From NCBI RefSeq assembly GCF_046105845.1, contig NZ_CP151004.1: a DNA stretch of 64,000 bases. One strand, given 5' to 3'. A model generated the notes under the pieces. It was not told where the DNA came from and ran no database searches. It was given only the letters and a program-made list of their open reading frames with translations. The position numbers were made by a program, and so were the translations under genes. Origin of the DNA: Escherichia coli. GTDB lineage: Bacteria > Pseudomonadota > Gammaproteobacteria > Enterobacterales > Enterobacteriaceae. Positions 50,701 to 62,659 of this stretch are shown piece by piece. Position 1 is the first letter of the stretch. Each line of letters opens with the position of its first letter.

Positions 50701-52461
50701 TCAGTTAGCGATAAAACGCTTCTCGTCTGTCAGCACTTGCAATAACAAACTTAACTGTGGTTTTTCATCTTTCACTCTTTCACCACGTAAGTTGTAAGTG
50801 CGGTATTTACCGTTATTGTTCAGCACCAGCGTCTTTTTCGGGGTGGTAATTGCCAGCGTATCGTTATCCGCTGCGGTAACCCAGTAATGACGGCGTTGAG
50901 GGTTGAACAAATCCTGACCTTGCGAATATTCGCTGGCAGGTGTGCTGACATGTAGCAGGCGTTGCATCAGCGTCGTCATCAGATCGGTATGATCAGTCAG
51001 AGCATTAATACGCTGCGCCGGCGTGCCTGGCCAGTGAATCACTAATGGCACCTGCAGATGACCGTGGGACCAGTCAAAGGTTTCTTCCTCTTCGCTCAGC
51101 GGAATACCCCGACCGGCAGTGATAATCACCACCGTATTGTCCAGTTTGCCAGAATCATGCAGTGCATTGAGCACGCGGTTGATTTGGTCATCGACATTGC
51201 CTGCCGCCCGGCTATATTTCCGTGCAAATGCCTGCTGATTGCTGTCGTCAATGTTAGTGCCATTGAAAGAGATCCACGAGAACCAGCGGTTATCTTCTTG
51301 TGCGTAGCGGCCCAGCCAGTTGATCCACTGCGTGGCGGTCTGCTCGTCGGATTGGGTGCGTACGCTCGGCATCGAGAAATCTGACAACAATGCCTGGCGA
51401 TACAGCGGGCTGGTAAAGCCATCTGATGAGAATAACCCCAGCTGATAGCCTTGCTGATTAAGCGCAGTAATTAATGCCGCAGGCGTACGGGTCGACAGAA
51501 TACCGTCCATATAGCTCGGCGAGATGCCATAGAACAGGCCAAAGATGCCGTTGTCTGTAGTGTTGCCGGAGCTCATATGGCGCGTGAACGAAATATTTTG
51601 CTCAGCAAAACCTGCCAGCGCAGGCATCTGCTTCTCGAAGCGTGAGTAGTTCAGGCCATCGACAGTAATCAACAGCACATTCTGCCCGGTGCCCATATCG
51701 CGATAGCGCAGTTCGCTTAACGGATACTGAACGGAAACGGCGTCTGGATTACCTTGCTCAATGAGACGGCGTTGATACTCCTGCGCATCAAGCAGACCAT
51801 GCTTCTCAAGAAAACGTCGCGCCGTCATCGGGTACGAAAGCGGTAGGTTAGCGCGCTGCATGGTGATCGGGCGATAGAAGTTGGCATCGGCCCAGATATA
51901 AACCACATGCGAGGCGATAAAGGCGATAAATAAGAATGCGGCCAGCGGGCGCGCGAAGCGTCGACGACGCGTCAGGCTTCGCAGCTTTTGCCAGCTCCAC
52001 GTCGCAAACACCAGTTCAAGCAATAAAATAACCGGCACGCTGATGAACATCAGCTGCCAGTCGCGCGCCATCTCATTTTCGTCTGGGTTGATAACCAGTT
52101 GCCAGACGATGGGATTAAGATGGAGATGGAAACGAGTAAAGACTTCGCTATCGATCAGTAATAGCGTCATTCCCGCCGTTGCCAGAATGACGGACAAAAA
52201 CCTCATCAGCCTCTGGGAGCCGACGATAAAGGTCAGCGGGAAGAGGATCAGCAAGTAGGTGGCGAACACCAGGAAGCTGAAATGGCCGATAATGCTTACG
52301 TAGGAATAAATGCGACCAGCAAGCGTTGTCGGCCAGTCGGCGATAAACAGGTAACGGCTGCCAATGACGAGCGAAAGCAGAATATTGAACAGTGCAAACC
52401 AGTGCCCCCAACTGACCATCTGGGAGACTTTTTCACGGTAGCGCTGACGATGAGTTACCAT
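50701..52461 (-). CDS. yejM: LPS assembly/LpxC-regulating inner membrane protein YejM (LapC/PbgA), 586 aa
   Basis: N-terminal TM helices plus periplasmic sulfatase-like domain; length and synteny match. Confidence 0.93.
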   Translation of the reverse strand: MVTHRQRYREKVSQMVSWGHWFALFNILLSLVIGSRYLFIADWPTTLAGRIYSYVSIIGHFSFLVFATYLLILFPLTFIVGSQRLMRFLSVILATAGMTLLLIDSEVFTRFHLHLNPIVWQLVINPDENEMARDWQLMFISVPVILLLELVFATWSWQKLRSLTRRRRFARPLAAFLFIAFIASHVVYIWADANFYRPITMQRANLPLSYPMTARRFLEKHGLLDAQEYQRRLIEQGNPDAVSVQYPLSELRYRDMGTGQNVLLITVDGLNYSRFEKQMPALAGFAEQNISFTRHMSSGNTTDNGIFGLFYGISPSYMDGILSTRTPAALITALNQQGYQLGLFSSDGFTSPLYRQALLSDFSMPSVRTQSDEQTATQWINWLGRYAQEDNRWFSWISFNGTNIDDSNQQAFARKYSRAAGNVDDQINRVLNALHDSGKLDNTVVIITAGRGIPLSEEEETFDWSHGHLQVPLVIHWPGTPAQRINALTDHTDLMTTLMQRLLHVSTPASEYSQGQDLFNPQRRHYWVTAADNDTLAITTPKKTLVLNNNGKYRTYNLRGERVKDEKPQLSLLLQVLTDEKRFIAN

Positions 52462-52480
52462 AACCTGTTATCTGTTTCCC

Positions 52481-52708
52481 TTAGTGCGCTTTGTCTTCGT
52501 TGATAGAGGACTGTAAGGCGCGGGCAAAAGAGTTGGCAATTGCCTGGCGTTGGGCCGGGGCAATGCTGGTGTTGATAAGGTTAGTGACCATGTTGCCTAA
52601 CACCATCAGGGAAAGGTCGGTCGGAGCCTTATGTTTTTCCAGTACGTTGAGCAGCTCTGCGAGCAATTGTTCAACCTGTTCATCACTGTAGCGGGAAATT
52701 TGTGGCAT
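52481..52708 (-). CDS. yejL: UPF0352 family protein YejL, 75 aa
   Basis: Translation [27 protein letters not shown]...; 19 nt upstream of yejM. Confidence 0.9.
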
Positions 52709-52889
52709 AAATCGAAATCAGTTAGTTGATGAAAGGGCAACATATTACCGTAGCAACGGTTTTTTTTCTGCTTTTTTATGCGTTAAATCATTCTCGTTAC
52801 GCTGCCTTCTGTAAAATGACCGCCATCTTTTATTGCGTCGCTTAACCGGCGGTGGTTGAATACCGCCCGGTCTTAAAGGAGAGTTTATC

Positions 52890-53897
52890 ATGAGTCTGGA
52901 TATCAACCAGATTGCTCTGCACCAGCTTATCAAGCGTGATGAGCAGAACCTTGAGCTGGTGTTGCGCGATTCATTGCTGGAACCGACAGAAACCGTCGTT
53001 GAGATGGTGGCAGAACTGCATCGGGTCTATAGCGCCAAAAATAAAGCTTACGGCTTGTTTAGCGAAGAGAGTGAACTGGCGCAGACGCTGCGTTTACAGC
53101 GTCAGGGCGAAGAGGACTTTCTGGCATTTAGCCGCGCGGCAACCGGTCGCCTGCGTGACGAATTAGCGAAATATCCTTTTGCTGACGGTGGATTCGTGCT
53201 GTTTTGCCACTATCGCTATCTGGCGGTGGAGTATTTGCTGGTGGCAGTTCTGAGCAATCTGAGCAGTATGCGCGTTAACGAAAATCTCGACATCAACCCA
53301 ACCCATTATCTTGATATCAATCATGCGGATATTGTTGCGCGTATCGATTTAACCGAGTGGGAAACCAATCCAGAGTCGACCCGCTATCTCACTTTCCTGA
53401 AAGGGCGAGTAGGGCGCAAAGTGGCGGATTTCTTTATGGATTTCCTCGGTGCCAGCGAAGGGTTAAACGCGAAAGCGCAAAACCGTGGGCTGTTGCAAGC
53501 GGTCGATGATTTCACTGCCGAAGCACAACTGGATAAAGCAGAGCGACAGAACGTGCGCCAGCAGGTTTATAGCTACTGTAATGAGCAGCTACAGGCAGGT
53601 GAAGAGATTGAACTGGAATCGCTGTCGAAAGAGCTGGCAGGCGTCAGCGAAGTGAGCTTCACGGAGTTTGCGGCTGAAAAAGGCTACGAACTGGAAGAGA
53701 GCTTCCCGGCAGACCGTAGCACACTGCGTCAGTTGACGAAGTTTGCCGGTAGCGGCGGTGGCTTGACTATTAACTTTGATGCGATGCTGTTAGGTGAACG
53801 CATCTTCTGGGATCCAGCAACCGATACCCTGACCATTAAAGGCACGCCGCCGAATTTGCGCGATCAATTGCAGCGCCGGACGTCTGGCGGCAATTAA
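52890..53897 (+). CDS. yejK: Nucleoid-associated protein YejK (NdpA), 335 aa
   Basis: Translation [19 protein letters not shown]...; divergent from yejL. Confidence 0.93.
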
Positions 53898-53911
53898 TCG
53901 GTTTTGTGTTC

Positions 53912-53950
53912 TGAATGCCAGATGCGGCGTGAACGCCTTATCTGGCCTGC
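53912..53950. repeat. REP element downstream of yejK
   Basis: gaatgccagatgcggcgtgaacgccttatctggcctgc. Confidence 0.75.
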
Positions 53951-53991
53951 AAAAAATAGCAATACCGTAATCAGGCATAATTTGCAGAGAC

Positions 53992-54019
53992 AAAAAACCC
54001 CGCCGGAGCGGGGTTTTTT
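53992..54019. terminator. Bidirectional rho-independent terminator between convergent yejK and rplY
   Basis: aaaaaa-ccccgc-cgga-gcgggg-tttttt. Confidence 0.85.
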
Positions 54020-54035
54020 ACAACTTATTCAGCAA

Positions 54036-54428
<393 letters not shown>

Positions 54429-54444
54429 TCAATCAAAACTACCA

Positions 54445-56205
54445 TTAACCGCGTAATTCGTGCGCCCGACGAAAACGACCTTCGTAATCGAACACTTTTT
54501 CACGCACTTGCCAGTACTGACCTTTCATGCGGGCGACGACAAAATCCGGGTGTCGCAGTAATGCTTGCTGGGCGAGGATATCAGCGGCGGTGATCCAGCG
54601 CAGAGGGATGCCCGGTGTGCGCGTATGCGGGCGGATAAAAAGCTGCTCGAAGGCGGTACGCTGGGCGGGCGTTTGCAGACGGAAACGCTCACTCACATCC
54701 GCGCCGTCTTCATCGTAATAGGTGATTTTCAACCATTCGCCTTTCTCGTCGTGCCCATGCTGCAAAGACATGCCGCTACAGCGTAATACCAGCGCGTCTT
54801 TCAGTCGTAGCGCCGCTTTTAACATATCATCCGGATCAACCAGTACGGTGTCACATTCGCGGCAGCGGCGGGCGGCAATATCGTTTTCCGCGTTACATTG
54901 CGGGCAATTTTTAAAACGGAAACGGAAATCACACTGTTCTCGATGACCGTCGTCATCTTCAAACCATCCCTGACAGCGGCGACCAAAGTGTTCAATCAAT
55001 GTTCCGTCGGCGGTCGTTTTCCCCCAAAAGGTGTTGGCAAAACCGCAGGCAGGGCAGAAAACCTGTACCGGAACGTTGTCACTTTTGCCTTTCGGTGTAC
55101 CAACTTCCGGCGCGTAGAGGTCGTGAGGATTACCCGCATAATCAAGAATTAAGCAATCAGTCTTGCCAGGAGCGAGACGCAGACCGCGCCCGACAATTTG
55201 TTGGTAAAGACTCACTGATTCGGTAGGGCGCAGAATGGCGATAAGATCGACGTGCGGGGCGTCAAATCCGGTGGTCAGTACCGCGACGTTGACCAGATAG
55301 CGAAAACGCTGGGCTTTAAAATCTTCAATTAACACATCGCGCTCAGCGCCGGGTGTGTCGCCAGTAATCAGTGCTGCATCTTCGGCAGGCAGCAGTCCCA
55401 CTATCTCCTTGGCGTGTTCAACGGTGGCGGCGAAAATCATCACTCCTTTACGCTTTTCGGCGAACTCCATAATCTGGCTGATGATGTGCGGGGTAATACG
55501 TTGCTGTTTTTTCAGCTCGCGGTTGAGATCGGCTTCGCTGAAAAGCCCGTTACTCTGTGCCTGCAAGCGGCTGAAATCGTATTGCACTACCGGCATATCC
55601 AGCCGTTCTGGCGGCGTCAGATAGCCGTGTTTAATCATATAACGCAGCGGCAGCTCATAAATGCAGTCACGGAAAAGGGCTTTCTCATCGCCGCGTACCA
55701 TGCCGTGATAATGGAACTGATAAATCCAGCCTTTGCCCAGTCGAAAAGGCGTGGCAGTCAGCCCCAGCAGGCGTAAGTGGGGATTCACTTTGGTCAGGTG
55801 AGTGAGGATTTGCTGATACTGGCTCTCTTCATCGTCACCAATACGGTGACATTCATCGACAATCAACAGCGAAAATTCTCCCTGAAAGGCATCAAGATTA
55901 CGGGCGACCGACTGCACGCTGCCAAATACCACTTTACCGTGGCTCTCTTTGCGCTTTAGCCCGGCGGCAAAAATATCGGCTTCCAGCCCCAGCGCCTGAT
56001 ATTTTGCATGGTTTTGCGCCACCAGTTCTTTAACGTGTGCCAGCACCAGCACGCGACCACGCGCCAGCCGCGCCAGTTCCGCTATCACCAGGCTTTTACC
56101 TGCACCGGTGGGCAGCACGATAACGGCAGGGGTTTTATGACGACGAAAATGGTTGAGCGTGGCATCCACGGCTTCTTGCTGATATGGGCGGAGTGTAAAA
56201 ATCAT
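54445..56205 (-). CDS. radD: Superfamily-2 DNA repair helicase RadD (YejH), 586 aa
   Basis: Walker [13 protein letters not shown] box, C-terminal Cys4 zinc-finger region (CPACG...CPQCN...CRECD). Confidence 0.93.
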   Translation of the reverse strand: MIFTLRPYQQEAVDATLNHFRRHKTPAVIVLPTGAGKSLVIAELARLARGRVLVLAHVKELVAQNHAKYQALGLEADIFAAGLKRKESHGKVVFGSVQSVARNLDAFQGEFSLLIVDECHRIGDDEESQYQQILTHLTKVNPHLRLLGLTATPFRLGKGWIYQFHYHGMVRGDEKALFRDCIYELPLRYMIKHGYLTPPERLDMPVVQYDFSRLQAQSNGLFSEADLNRELKKQQRITPHIISQIMEFAEKRKGVMIFAATVEHAKEIVGLLPAEDAALITGDTPGAERDVLIEDFKAQRFRYLVNVAVLTTGFDAPHVDLIAILRPTESVSLYQQIVGRGLRLAPGKTDCLILDYAGNPHDLYAPEVGTPKGKSDNVPVQVFCPACGFANTFWGKTTADGTLIEHFGRRCQGWFEDDDGHREQCDFRFRFKNCPQCNAENDIAARRCRECDTVLVDPDDMLKAALRLKDALVLRCSGMSLQHGHDEKGEWLKITYYDEDGADVSERFRLQTPAQRTAFEQLFIRPHTRTPGIPLRWITAADILAQQALLRHPDFVVARMKGQYWQVREKVFDYEGRFRRAHELRG

Positions 56206-56354
56206 GGTCTCGCGTAGGTAGATTATTCTGCTAATAGTATGCCACGGATCTTTTTCCCTTGAGGGAAGTTATTAGACCGCTATACTGGGCAGACAACAGT
56301 TCAGATTTTCGGGTTATTACCCGACCTCCGTTTTTTACAGGCAAAATCACACAC

Positions 56355-57050
56355 ATGCGACTTGATAAATTTATCGCACAGCAACTCGGCGTTAGCCGTG
56401 CTATTGCCGGGCGTGAAATCCGCGGCAATCGTGTCACCGTCGATGGCGAAATCGTCCGTAATGCAGCGTTCAAACTGCTCCCTGAACATGATGTCGCTTA
56501 CGATGGCAACCCGCTGGCGCAGCAACACGGTCCACGTTACTTCATGCTCAATAAGCCTCAGGGCTATGTTTGCTCCACGGACGACCCGGATCACCCAACG
56601 GTGCTCTATTTTCTGGATGAACCGGTAGCGTGGAAACTGCACGCCGCAGGGCGTCTGGATATCGATACCACCGGTCTGGTGCTGATGACAGATGATGGTC
56701 AGTGGTCGCACCGCATTACTTCTCCGCGCCATCATTGCGAGAAGACCTATCTGGTGACGCTGGAATCACCCGTAGCTGACGATACGGCAGAGCAATTTGC
56801 TAAAGGCGTGCAGCTGCATAACGAAAAAGATCTCACTAAGCCGGCGGTGCTGGAAGTGATTACCCCAACGCAGGTTCGTCTGACCATCAGCGAAGGGCGT
56901 TATCATCAGGTGAAACGTATGTTCGCCGCCGTGGGTAACCATGTGGTTGAGCTGCATCGTGAACGTATTGGCGGCATTACGCTGGATGCTGATTTAGCCC
57001 CCGGTGAATATCGTCCGTTAACTGAAGAAGAAATTGCCAGCGTCGTCTAA
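56355..57050 (+). CDS. rsuA: 16S rRNA pseudouridine(516) synthase RsuA, 231 aa
   Basis: ORF track 56259..57050; start set at ATG 56355 ([15 protein letters not shown]...); S4 domain plus pseudouridine synthase core. Confidence 0.92.
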
Positions 57051-57077
57051 CTTTTCAATGACTTTCAGGAGCCCGTT

Positions 57078-58268
57078 GTGACCACCCGACAGCATTCGTC
57101 GTTTGCTATTGTTTTTATCCTTGGCCTGCTGGCCATGTTGATGCCGCTGTCGATTGATATGTATCTGCCCGCGCTACCGGTAATTTCAGCGCAGTTTGGC
57201 GTACCGGCAGGCAGTACGCAGATGACCCTCAGTACTTATATTCTGGGCTTTGCGTTGGGGCAGTTAATCTACGGGCCGATGGCAGACAGTTTCGGGCGTA
57301 AGCCGGTGGTGCTCGGCGGTACGCTGGTGTTTGCCGCCGCCGCGGTGGCGTGTGCGTTGGCAAACACCATCGATCAGCTGATTGTGATGCGTTTCTTCCA
57401 CGGGCTGGCTGCGGCTGCGGCCAGCGTGGTTATCAACGCTTTGATGCGTGATATCTACCCGAAAGAAGAGTTCTCGCGGATGATGTCGTTTGTCATGCTG
57501 GTGACGACCATTGCACCGCTGATGGCACCGATAGTTGGCGGCTGGGTGCTGGTGTGGCTGAGCTGGCATTATATCTTCTGGATCCTCGCTGTGGCGGCGA
57601 TTCTGGCTTCGGCAATGATCTTCTTTCTGATCAAAGAAACCTTACCACCGGAGCGTCGCCAGCCTTTTCACATTCGTACCACTATTGGTAACTTTGCGGC
57701 GCTGTTCCGTCATAAGCGTGTCCTGAGTTATATGCTGGCCAGCGGTTTCAGCTTTGCCGGGATGTTCTCGTTCCTGAGCGCCGGACCGTTTGTCTACATT
57801 GAAATTAACCACGTCGCGCCGGAAAACTTTGGTTATTACTTTGCGCTGAACATTGTTTTCCTGTTCGTGATGACCATCTTTAACAGCCGCTTTGTTCGTC
57901 GTATTGGCGCGTTAAATATGTTTCGGGCAGGATTATGGATCCAGTTTATGGTGGCGGCATGGATGGTCATTAGTGCGCTGCTGGGCCTGGGGTTCTGGTC
58001 GCTGGTGGTTGGTGTTGCGGCATTTGTCGGATGCGTGTCGATGGTGTCATCCAATGCGATGGCGGTCATTCTTGATGAGTTTCCCCATATGGCGGGAACG
58101 GCATCTTCGCTGGCAGGAACCTTCCGTTTCGGCATAGGGGCAATTGTTGGCGCATTACTTTCTCTTGCGACCTTTAACTCTGCATGGCCGATGATTTGGT
58201 CAATTGCATTCTGCGCAACCAGCTCCATTCTCTTCTGTCTGTACGCCAGTCGGCCGAAAAAACGGTGA
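57078..58268 (+). CDS. bcr: MFS efflux transporter Bcr (bicyclomycin/multidrug), 396 aa
   Basis: GTG start; 12-TM MFS profile; translation matches remembered Bcr. Confidence 0.93.
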   Translation: MTTRQHSSFAIVFILGLLAMLMPLSIDMYLPALPVISAQFGVPAGSTQMTLSTYILGFALGQLIYGPMADSFGRKPVVLGGTLVFAAAAVACALANTIDQLIVMRFFHGLAAAAASVVINALMRDIYPKEEFSRMMSFVMLVTTIAPLMAPIVGGWVLVWLSWHYIFWILAVAAILASAMIFFLIKETLPPERRQPFHIRTTIGNFAALFRHKRVLSYMLASGFSFAGMFSFLSAGPFVYIEINHVAPENFGYYFALNIVFLFVMTIFNSRFVRRIGALNMFRAGLWIQFMVAAWMVISALLGLGFWSLVVGVAAFVGCVSMVSSNAMAVILDEFPHMAGTASSLAGTFRFGIGAIVGALLSLATFNSAWPMIWSIAFCATSSILFCLYASRPKKR

Positions 58269-58282
58269 TCTATTGCACAACG

Positions 58283-58307
58283 AGGAAGCTAAAAGGCTTC
58301 CTTTGTT
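58283..58307 (+). terminator. Rho-independent terminator of bcr
   Basis: aggaagc-taaaag-gcttcct followed by ttgtt. Confidence 0.7.
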
Positions 58308-58600
58308 GATGCATGTCAACCACAAATCTATCATTCCCCCGATATATGTTTATTTTATGTAAAATCAATTTATGTAAAAAGTCACATCATTGTAGTTAAA
58401 AAGGTTGAGTTAGATCGCAGAAACGGGTACATATAGCCCCGCAAACGTGACCACGCCCGCAGATATTATTTAAATCAGAGCCATAGAGGCCACGCTGGCA
58501 AGGCATCAATCTTTACGATCTGTATAAAGACGGATTGTTGATGATGTGTTAAAATTGATGTAAACAAATTGTGAAGTAAATGTGCTTCCGGGGAAAATAA

Positions 58601-58945
58601 GTGACTTCATTACAACTCTCAATCGTCCATCGACTGCCGCAGAACTATCGCTGGTCTGCTGGTTTCGCAGGTTCGAAGGTTGAACCGATTCCGCAAAATG
58701 GACCGTGCGGTGACAACAGCCTTGTGGCGCTTAAATTGCTTAGCCCGGATGGTGATAATGCATGGTCGGTGATGTACAAACTAAGCCAGGCGTTAAGCGA
58801 CATCGAAGTTCCATGTTCGGTGCTGGAGTGTGAAGGTGAGCCGTGCCTGTTTGTAAATCGCCAGGACGAGTTTGCAGCAACATGCCGATTGAAAAATTTT
58901 GGTGTGGCAATTGCCGAACCCTTCTCAAACTACAATCCTTTTTAA
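58601..58945 (+). CDS. yejG: Uncharacterized protein YejG, 114 aa
   Basis: Translation [18 protein letters not shown]...; convergent with yejF. Confidence 0.85.
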
Positions 58946-58948
58946 GCG

Positions 58949-60538
58949 TCAGCTCAACGCCAGTAGCTGACGCGTATACTCCTGCTGCGGTGCGGCAAAC
59001 ACGCGCGCGCACGGTCCTTGTTCCACTACTTCCCCTTGTCGCAGTACGATAACCTGATGACATAACGCGCGGACAACGTGCAAATCGTGGCTGATAAACA
59101 AATAGGCCAGTTGATGCTTTTGTTGCAATGATTTCAATAGTGTCAATATTTGCGCCTGTACCGTTTTGTCGAGTGATGATGTTGGTTCATCAAGAATGAT
59201 CAGCGAGGGCTTAAGAATTAACGCCCTGGCAATCGCAATACGTTGCCGCTGACCACCAGAGAACTCCGCCGGATAACGGTGGCGTGTTTCAGGATCTAAT
59301 CCCACTTCATGCATCACGGCTATCACTTGTTGTTCGCGTTGTGCGGCAGAAAGCGTCGGCTGGTGAACCCGTAAGCCTTCCTCAATAATCTGCAAAACGT
59401 TGAGTCGTGGGTTGAGCGAGGAGTTTGGATCCTGAAATACCACCTGAATGCGATGACGAATAGGTAACAGCTGGCGGCGATTTAAATTTTGCAGTGGCTG
59501 ACCGTCAAAGATAATGCTGCCCTGAGAATTAATCAGTCGCAGCAGCGCCAGTCCCGTCGTGCTTTTCCCGGAACCTGACTCGCCTACTAAACCCAGTGTT
59601 TCACCCGCTCGTAGCGTAAAACTGATGTTTTTCACCACCACATTATGATCCACAATGCGCTTCAAAATCCCTTTGCGAATGGGGAAGGCAACCTGAAGCT
59701 GTTCAACATCCAGCAACGTTGAGGCAGGTTCTGGCAATGGTACCGGGTCGCCTGACGGTTCACTGTTGAGTAGCTTTTGTGTGTAAGGATGAGTGGGTGA
59801 GGCAAATAGCGTAGCGGCGTTATTTTGCTCGACACAGCGACCGTTTTGCATTACCGCCACGCGATGGGCCAGTTTTCTGACAATGCTGAGGTTATGAGTA
59901 ATAAACAGCATACCCATATTCAGCTCGCCTTGCAGTTCGCGCAACAGCTGTAAAATCTGCGCCTGGACAGAGACGTCCAGTGCGGTGGTTGGTTCATCGG
60001 CAATTAATAATTCCGGTCGCGTTAACAGCGCCATCGCAATCATCACCCGCTGGCGTTCGCCGCCGGAGAGCTGATGCGGATAATCTGTCAGCCGTTTTGC
60101 CGCCTGGCGGATACCGACGCGATCAAGGCAGTTAAGAATTTCGCCACGAGCCGCTTCCCGACGCATCCCGCGGTGGAGTGAAAGCACTTCATAAAGCTGT
60201 TTTTCCAGGGTATGCAATGGATTTAATGACACCATCGGCTCCTGAAAAATCATGGCGATCTTATTACCGCGTACACCGCGCAACGTTTGATCGCTGGCAT
60301 GAAGCAGCGATTCGCCATGAAAACGAATATCGCCGGAGAGATATTCAACCGGCGGGGAAGGGAGCAGGCGTAAAATTGACAGCGCGGTAACGCTCTTACC
60401 TGAACCAGACTCACCCACCAGCGCCAGCGTTTCGCCAGCCTCAATCTGTAGTGAAACATCATTGACTACTGTGCGTACGGTTTGCTGATGGCGAAAACCC
60501 ACCGACAAATTTTCAATCGCTAACAGAGTTTGCGTCAT
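58949..60538 (-). CDS. yejF: ABC transporter ATPase YejF (duplicated ATP-binding domains), 529 aa
   Basis: ORF track 58949..60586; start set at ATG 60538 ([13 protein letters not shown]...); two Walker A motifs GESGSGKS. Confidence 0.92.
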   Translation of the reverse strand: MTQTLLAIENLSVGFRHQQTVRTVVNDVSLQIEAGETLALVGESGSGKSVTALSILRLLPSPPVEYLSGDIRFHGESLLHASDQTLRGVRGNKIAMIFQEPMVSLNPLHTLEKQLYEVLSLHRGMRREAARGEILNCLDRVGIRQAAKRLTDYPHQLSGGERQRVMIAMALLTRPELLIADEPTTALDVSVQAQILQLLRELQGELNMGMLFITHNLSIVRKLAHRVAVMQNGRCVEQNNAATLFASPTHPYTQKLLNSEPSGDPVPLPEPASTLLDVEQLQVAFPIRKGILKRIVDHNVVVKNISFTLRAGETLGLVGESGSGKSTTGLALLRLINSQGSIIFDGQPLQNLNRRQLLPIRHRIQVVFQDPNSSLNPRLNVLQIIEEGLRVHQPTLSAAQREQQVIAVMHEVGLDPETRHRYPAEFSGGQRQRIAIARALILKPSLIILDEPTSSLDKTVQAQILTLLKSLQQKHQLAYLFISHDLHVVRALCHQVIVLRQGEVVEQGPCARVFAAPQQEYTRQLLALS

Positions 60539-60539
60539 G

Positions 60540-61565
60540 CTACACCGCCTTATTAGGATCAAATGCGTCGCGGACGGCTTCACCAATAAAGATCAGCAAA
60601 GACAACAATATCGCCACCGACAAGAAGGCGGTGATCCCAAGCCACGGGGCCTGAAGGTTATTTTTCCCTTGTAACAGCAGTTCACCGAGTGACGGTGAAC
60701 CGAGCGGCAGACCGAAGCCGAGGAAATCGAGCGAGGTCAGGGTGGTGATCGAACTACATAAAATAAACGGTAAAAAAGTGAGGGTAGCGACCATGGCATT
60801 TGGCAACATATGACGCAGGATGATACTGCGATCGCTGACGCCAAGCGCCTGCGCCGCGCGGATGTAGTCGAAATTACGGGTACGTAAAAACTCCGCCCGC
60901 ACCACGCCGACCAGACTCATCCAACCAAACAAGACGGTAATTGCCAACAGCCACCAGAAGTTAGGCTGTACGACGCTGGAAAGTAAAATAATCAAAAACA
61001 GCGTCGGCATCCCCGACCATACTTCAATAAAACGTTGCCCCCAGAGATCGACTTTACCGCCGTAATAGCCTTGTAGCGCCCCCGCCAGCACGCCCATCAC
61101 GCTGGAGCAGAGGGTCAGCATCAGGCCAAACAGAACTGAGATCCGCGTGCCATAGAGAATGCGCGCCAGCACATCGCCGCCATTGGCATCCGTTCCCAGC
61201 CAGTTTTGCCGGGAGGGTGGGGAGGGGAAGGGCTTGTCGGTAGAAAAGTTGATACTGGTAGCGCCAAAGCGAATCGGTGCCCACAGTACCCAGCCTTTAT
61301 CTTCCAACCGCTGTTTCAGCCACGGGTCCTGATAATCAGCCTGGCTTGCCAGCGGGCCGCCAAAATCGCTTTCGCTGTAGTTTTTCAACAACGGGAAATA
61401 CCAACTGCCGTCATAACGCACCAGCAACGGTTTATCGTTGGCGATCAGTTCAGAACACAAACTCAAACCAAACAAAACGAGGAAAATCCATAACGACCAG
61501 TAGCCGCGACGGTTATGACGAAAACGCGCCCAACGGGCCTGATTGACGGGGCTGAGTCGCGACAT
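60540..61565 (-). CDS. yejE: ABC transporter permease YejE, 341 aa
   Basis: Polytopic permease ORF between yejB and yejF. Confidence 0.92.
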   Translation of the reverse strand: MSRLSPVNQARWARFRHNRRGYWSLWIFLVLFGLSLCSELIANDKPLLVRYDGSWYFPLLKNYSESDFGGPLASQADYQDPWLKQRLEDKGWVLWAPIRFGATSINFSTDKPFPSPPSRQNWLGTDANGGDVLARILYGTRISVLFGLMLTLCSSVMGVLAGALQGYYGGKVDLWGQRFIEVWSGMPTLFLIILLSSVVQPNFWWLLAITVLFGWMSLVGVVRAEFLRTRNFDYIRAAQALGVSDRSIILRHMLPNAMVATLTFLPFILCSSITTLTSLDFLGFGLPLGSPSLGELLLQGKNNLQAPWLGITAFLSVAILLSLLIFIGEAVRDAFDPNKAV

Positions 61566-62659
61566 TAACGTCCCTCAAAATCTATACGCGGATCGACCAG
61601 CGTATAGCTGATATCACTGACAATATTCAGCAGCAGGCCAATCAGGGTGAAAATATACAAAGTACCAAACATTACAGGATAATCGCGCGAGACGGTCGCT
61701 TCGTAGCCCAGTAAGCCAAGACCATTGAGCGAAAACATTACTTCAATCAGCAGCGAGCCGGTAAAAAACATGCTGATAAACGTCGCCGGAAAACCGGCAA
61801 TCACCAGCAGCATGGCGTTGCGGAACACATGTTTCCAGAGAATATTTTTTTCACTTACCCCTTTCGCACGGGCGGTCACCACGTATTGCTTGCGCACTTC
61901 ATCAAGGAATGAGTTTTTTGTCAGCATGGTCAGCGCCGCAAAGCCGCCAATCACTGTCGCCAGCACTGGCAGCGTGATATGCCACAGATAATCGGTGATT
62001 TTCTGATACCACGTCAGCGAATCAAAGTTAGCGGAAACCAGGCCGCGCAGAGGGAATAGGTCGAAATAGCTGCCGCCTGCGAAGAAGACAATCAGCAGGA
62101 TGGCAAACAAAAAGGCCGGAATGGCGTAGCCGATGATGATAAATGCGCTACTCCAGACGTCAAAGCGGCTCCCATTATAAACAGCTTTGCGAATGCCTAA
62201 CGGAATCGACACCAGATAGATAATCAGTGTGCTCCACAATCCGAGGGTGATGGAAACCGGCAGACTGTCTTTAATCAGCGTCAGCACCGAGGCGCTGCGA
62301 AAAAGGCTATCACCAAAATCAAAGCGGATGTAGTCCCAGAGCATTTTGAAGTAACGTTCGTGGATCGGCTTATCGAAACCGTAGCGATGAGTGATCTCAG
62401 CGATCACTTCTGGATCTAATCCGCGTCCGCCACGGTAATTACTGTCGCTGATATTGCCGACGCCCGTTTGCGCATGGCTGGCACGAACACCTTCACCGCC
62501 TGCGCCGGGTAATACTCCGGCATTACCAAACTCAATGGCGGCGATGGCCTGATCGACCGGACCGCCAGGCGCAATTTGCACGATGAAAAAGTTGATAGTG
62601 ATAATCGCCCATAACGTTGGGATCACCAGCAACAGACGGCGAATCAGATAAGCGCCCAT
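61565..62659 (-). CDS. yejB: ABC transporter permease YejB, 364 aa
   Basis: Polytopic permease ORF; 1-nt overlap with yejE. Confidence 0.92.
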   Translation of the reverse strand: MGAYLIRRLLLVIPTLWAIITINFFIVQIAPGGPVDQAIAAIEFGNAGVLPGAGGEGVRASHAQTGVGNISDSNYRGGRGLDPEVIAEITHRYGFDKPIHERYFKMLWDYIRFDFGDSLFRSASVLTLIKDSLPVSITLGLWSTLIIYLVSIPLGIRKAVYNGSRFDVWSSAFIIIGYAIPAFLFAILLIVFFAGGSYFDLFPLRGLVSANFDSLTWYQKITDYLWHITLPVLATVIGGFAALTMLTKNSFLDEVRKQYVVTARAKGVSEKNILWKHVFRNAMLLVIAGFPATFISMFFTGSLLIEVMFSLNGLGLLGYEATVSRDYPVMFGTLYIFTLIGLLLNIVSDISYTLVDPRIDFEGR

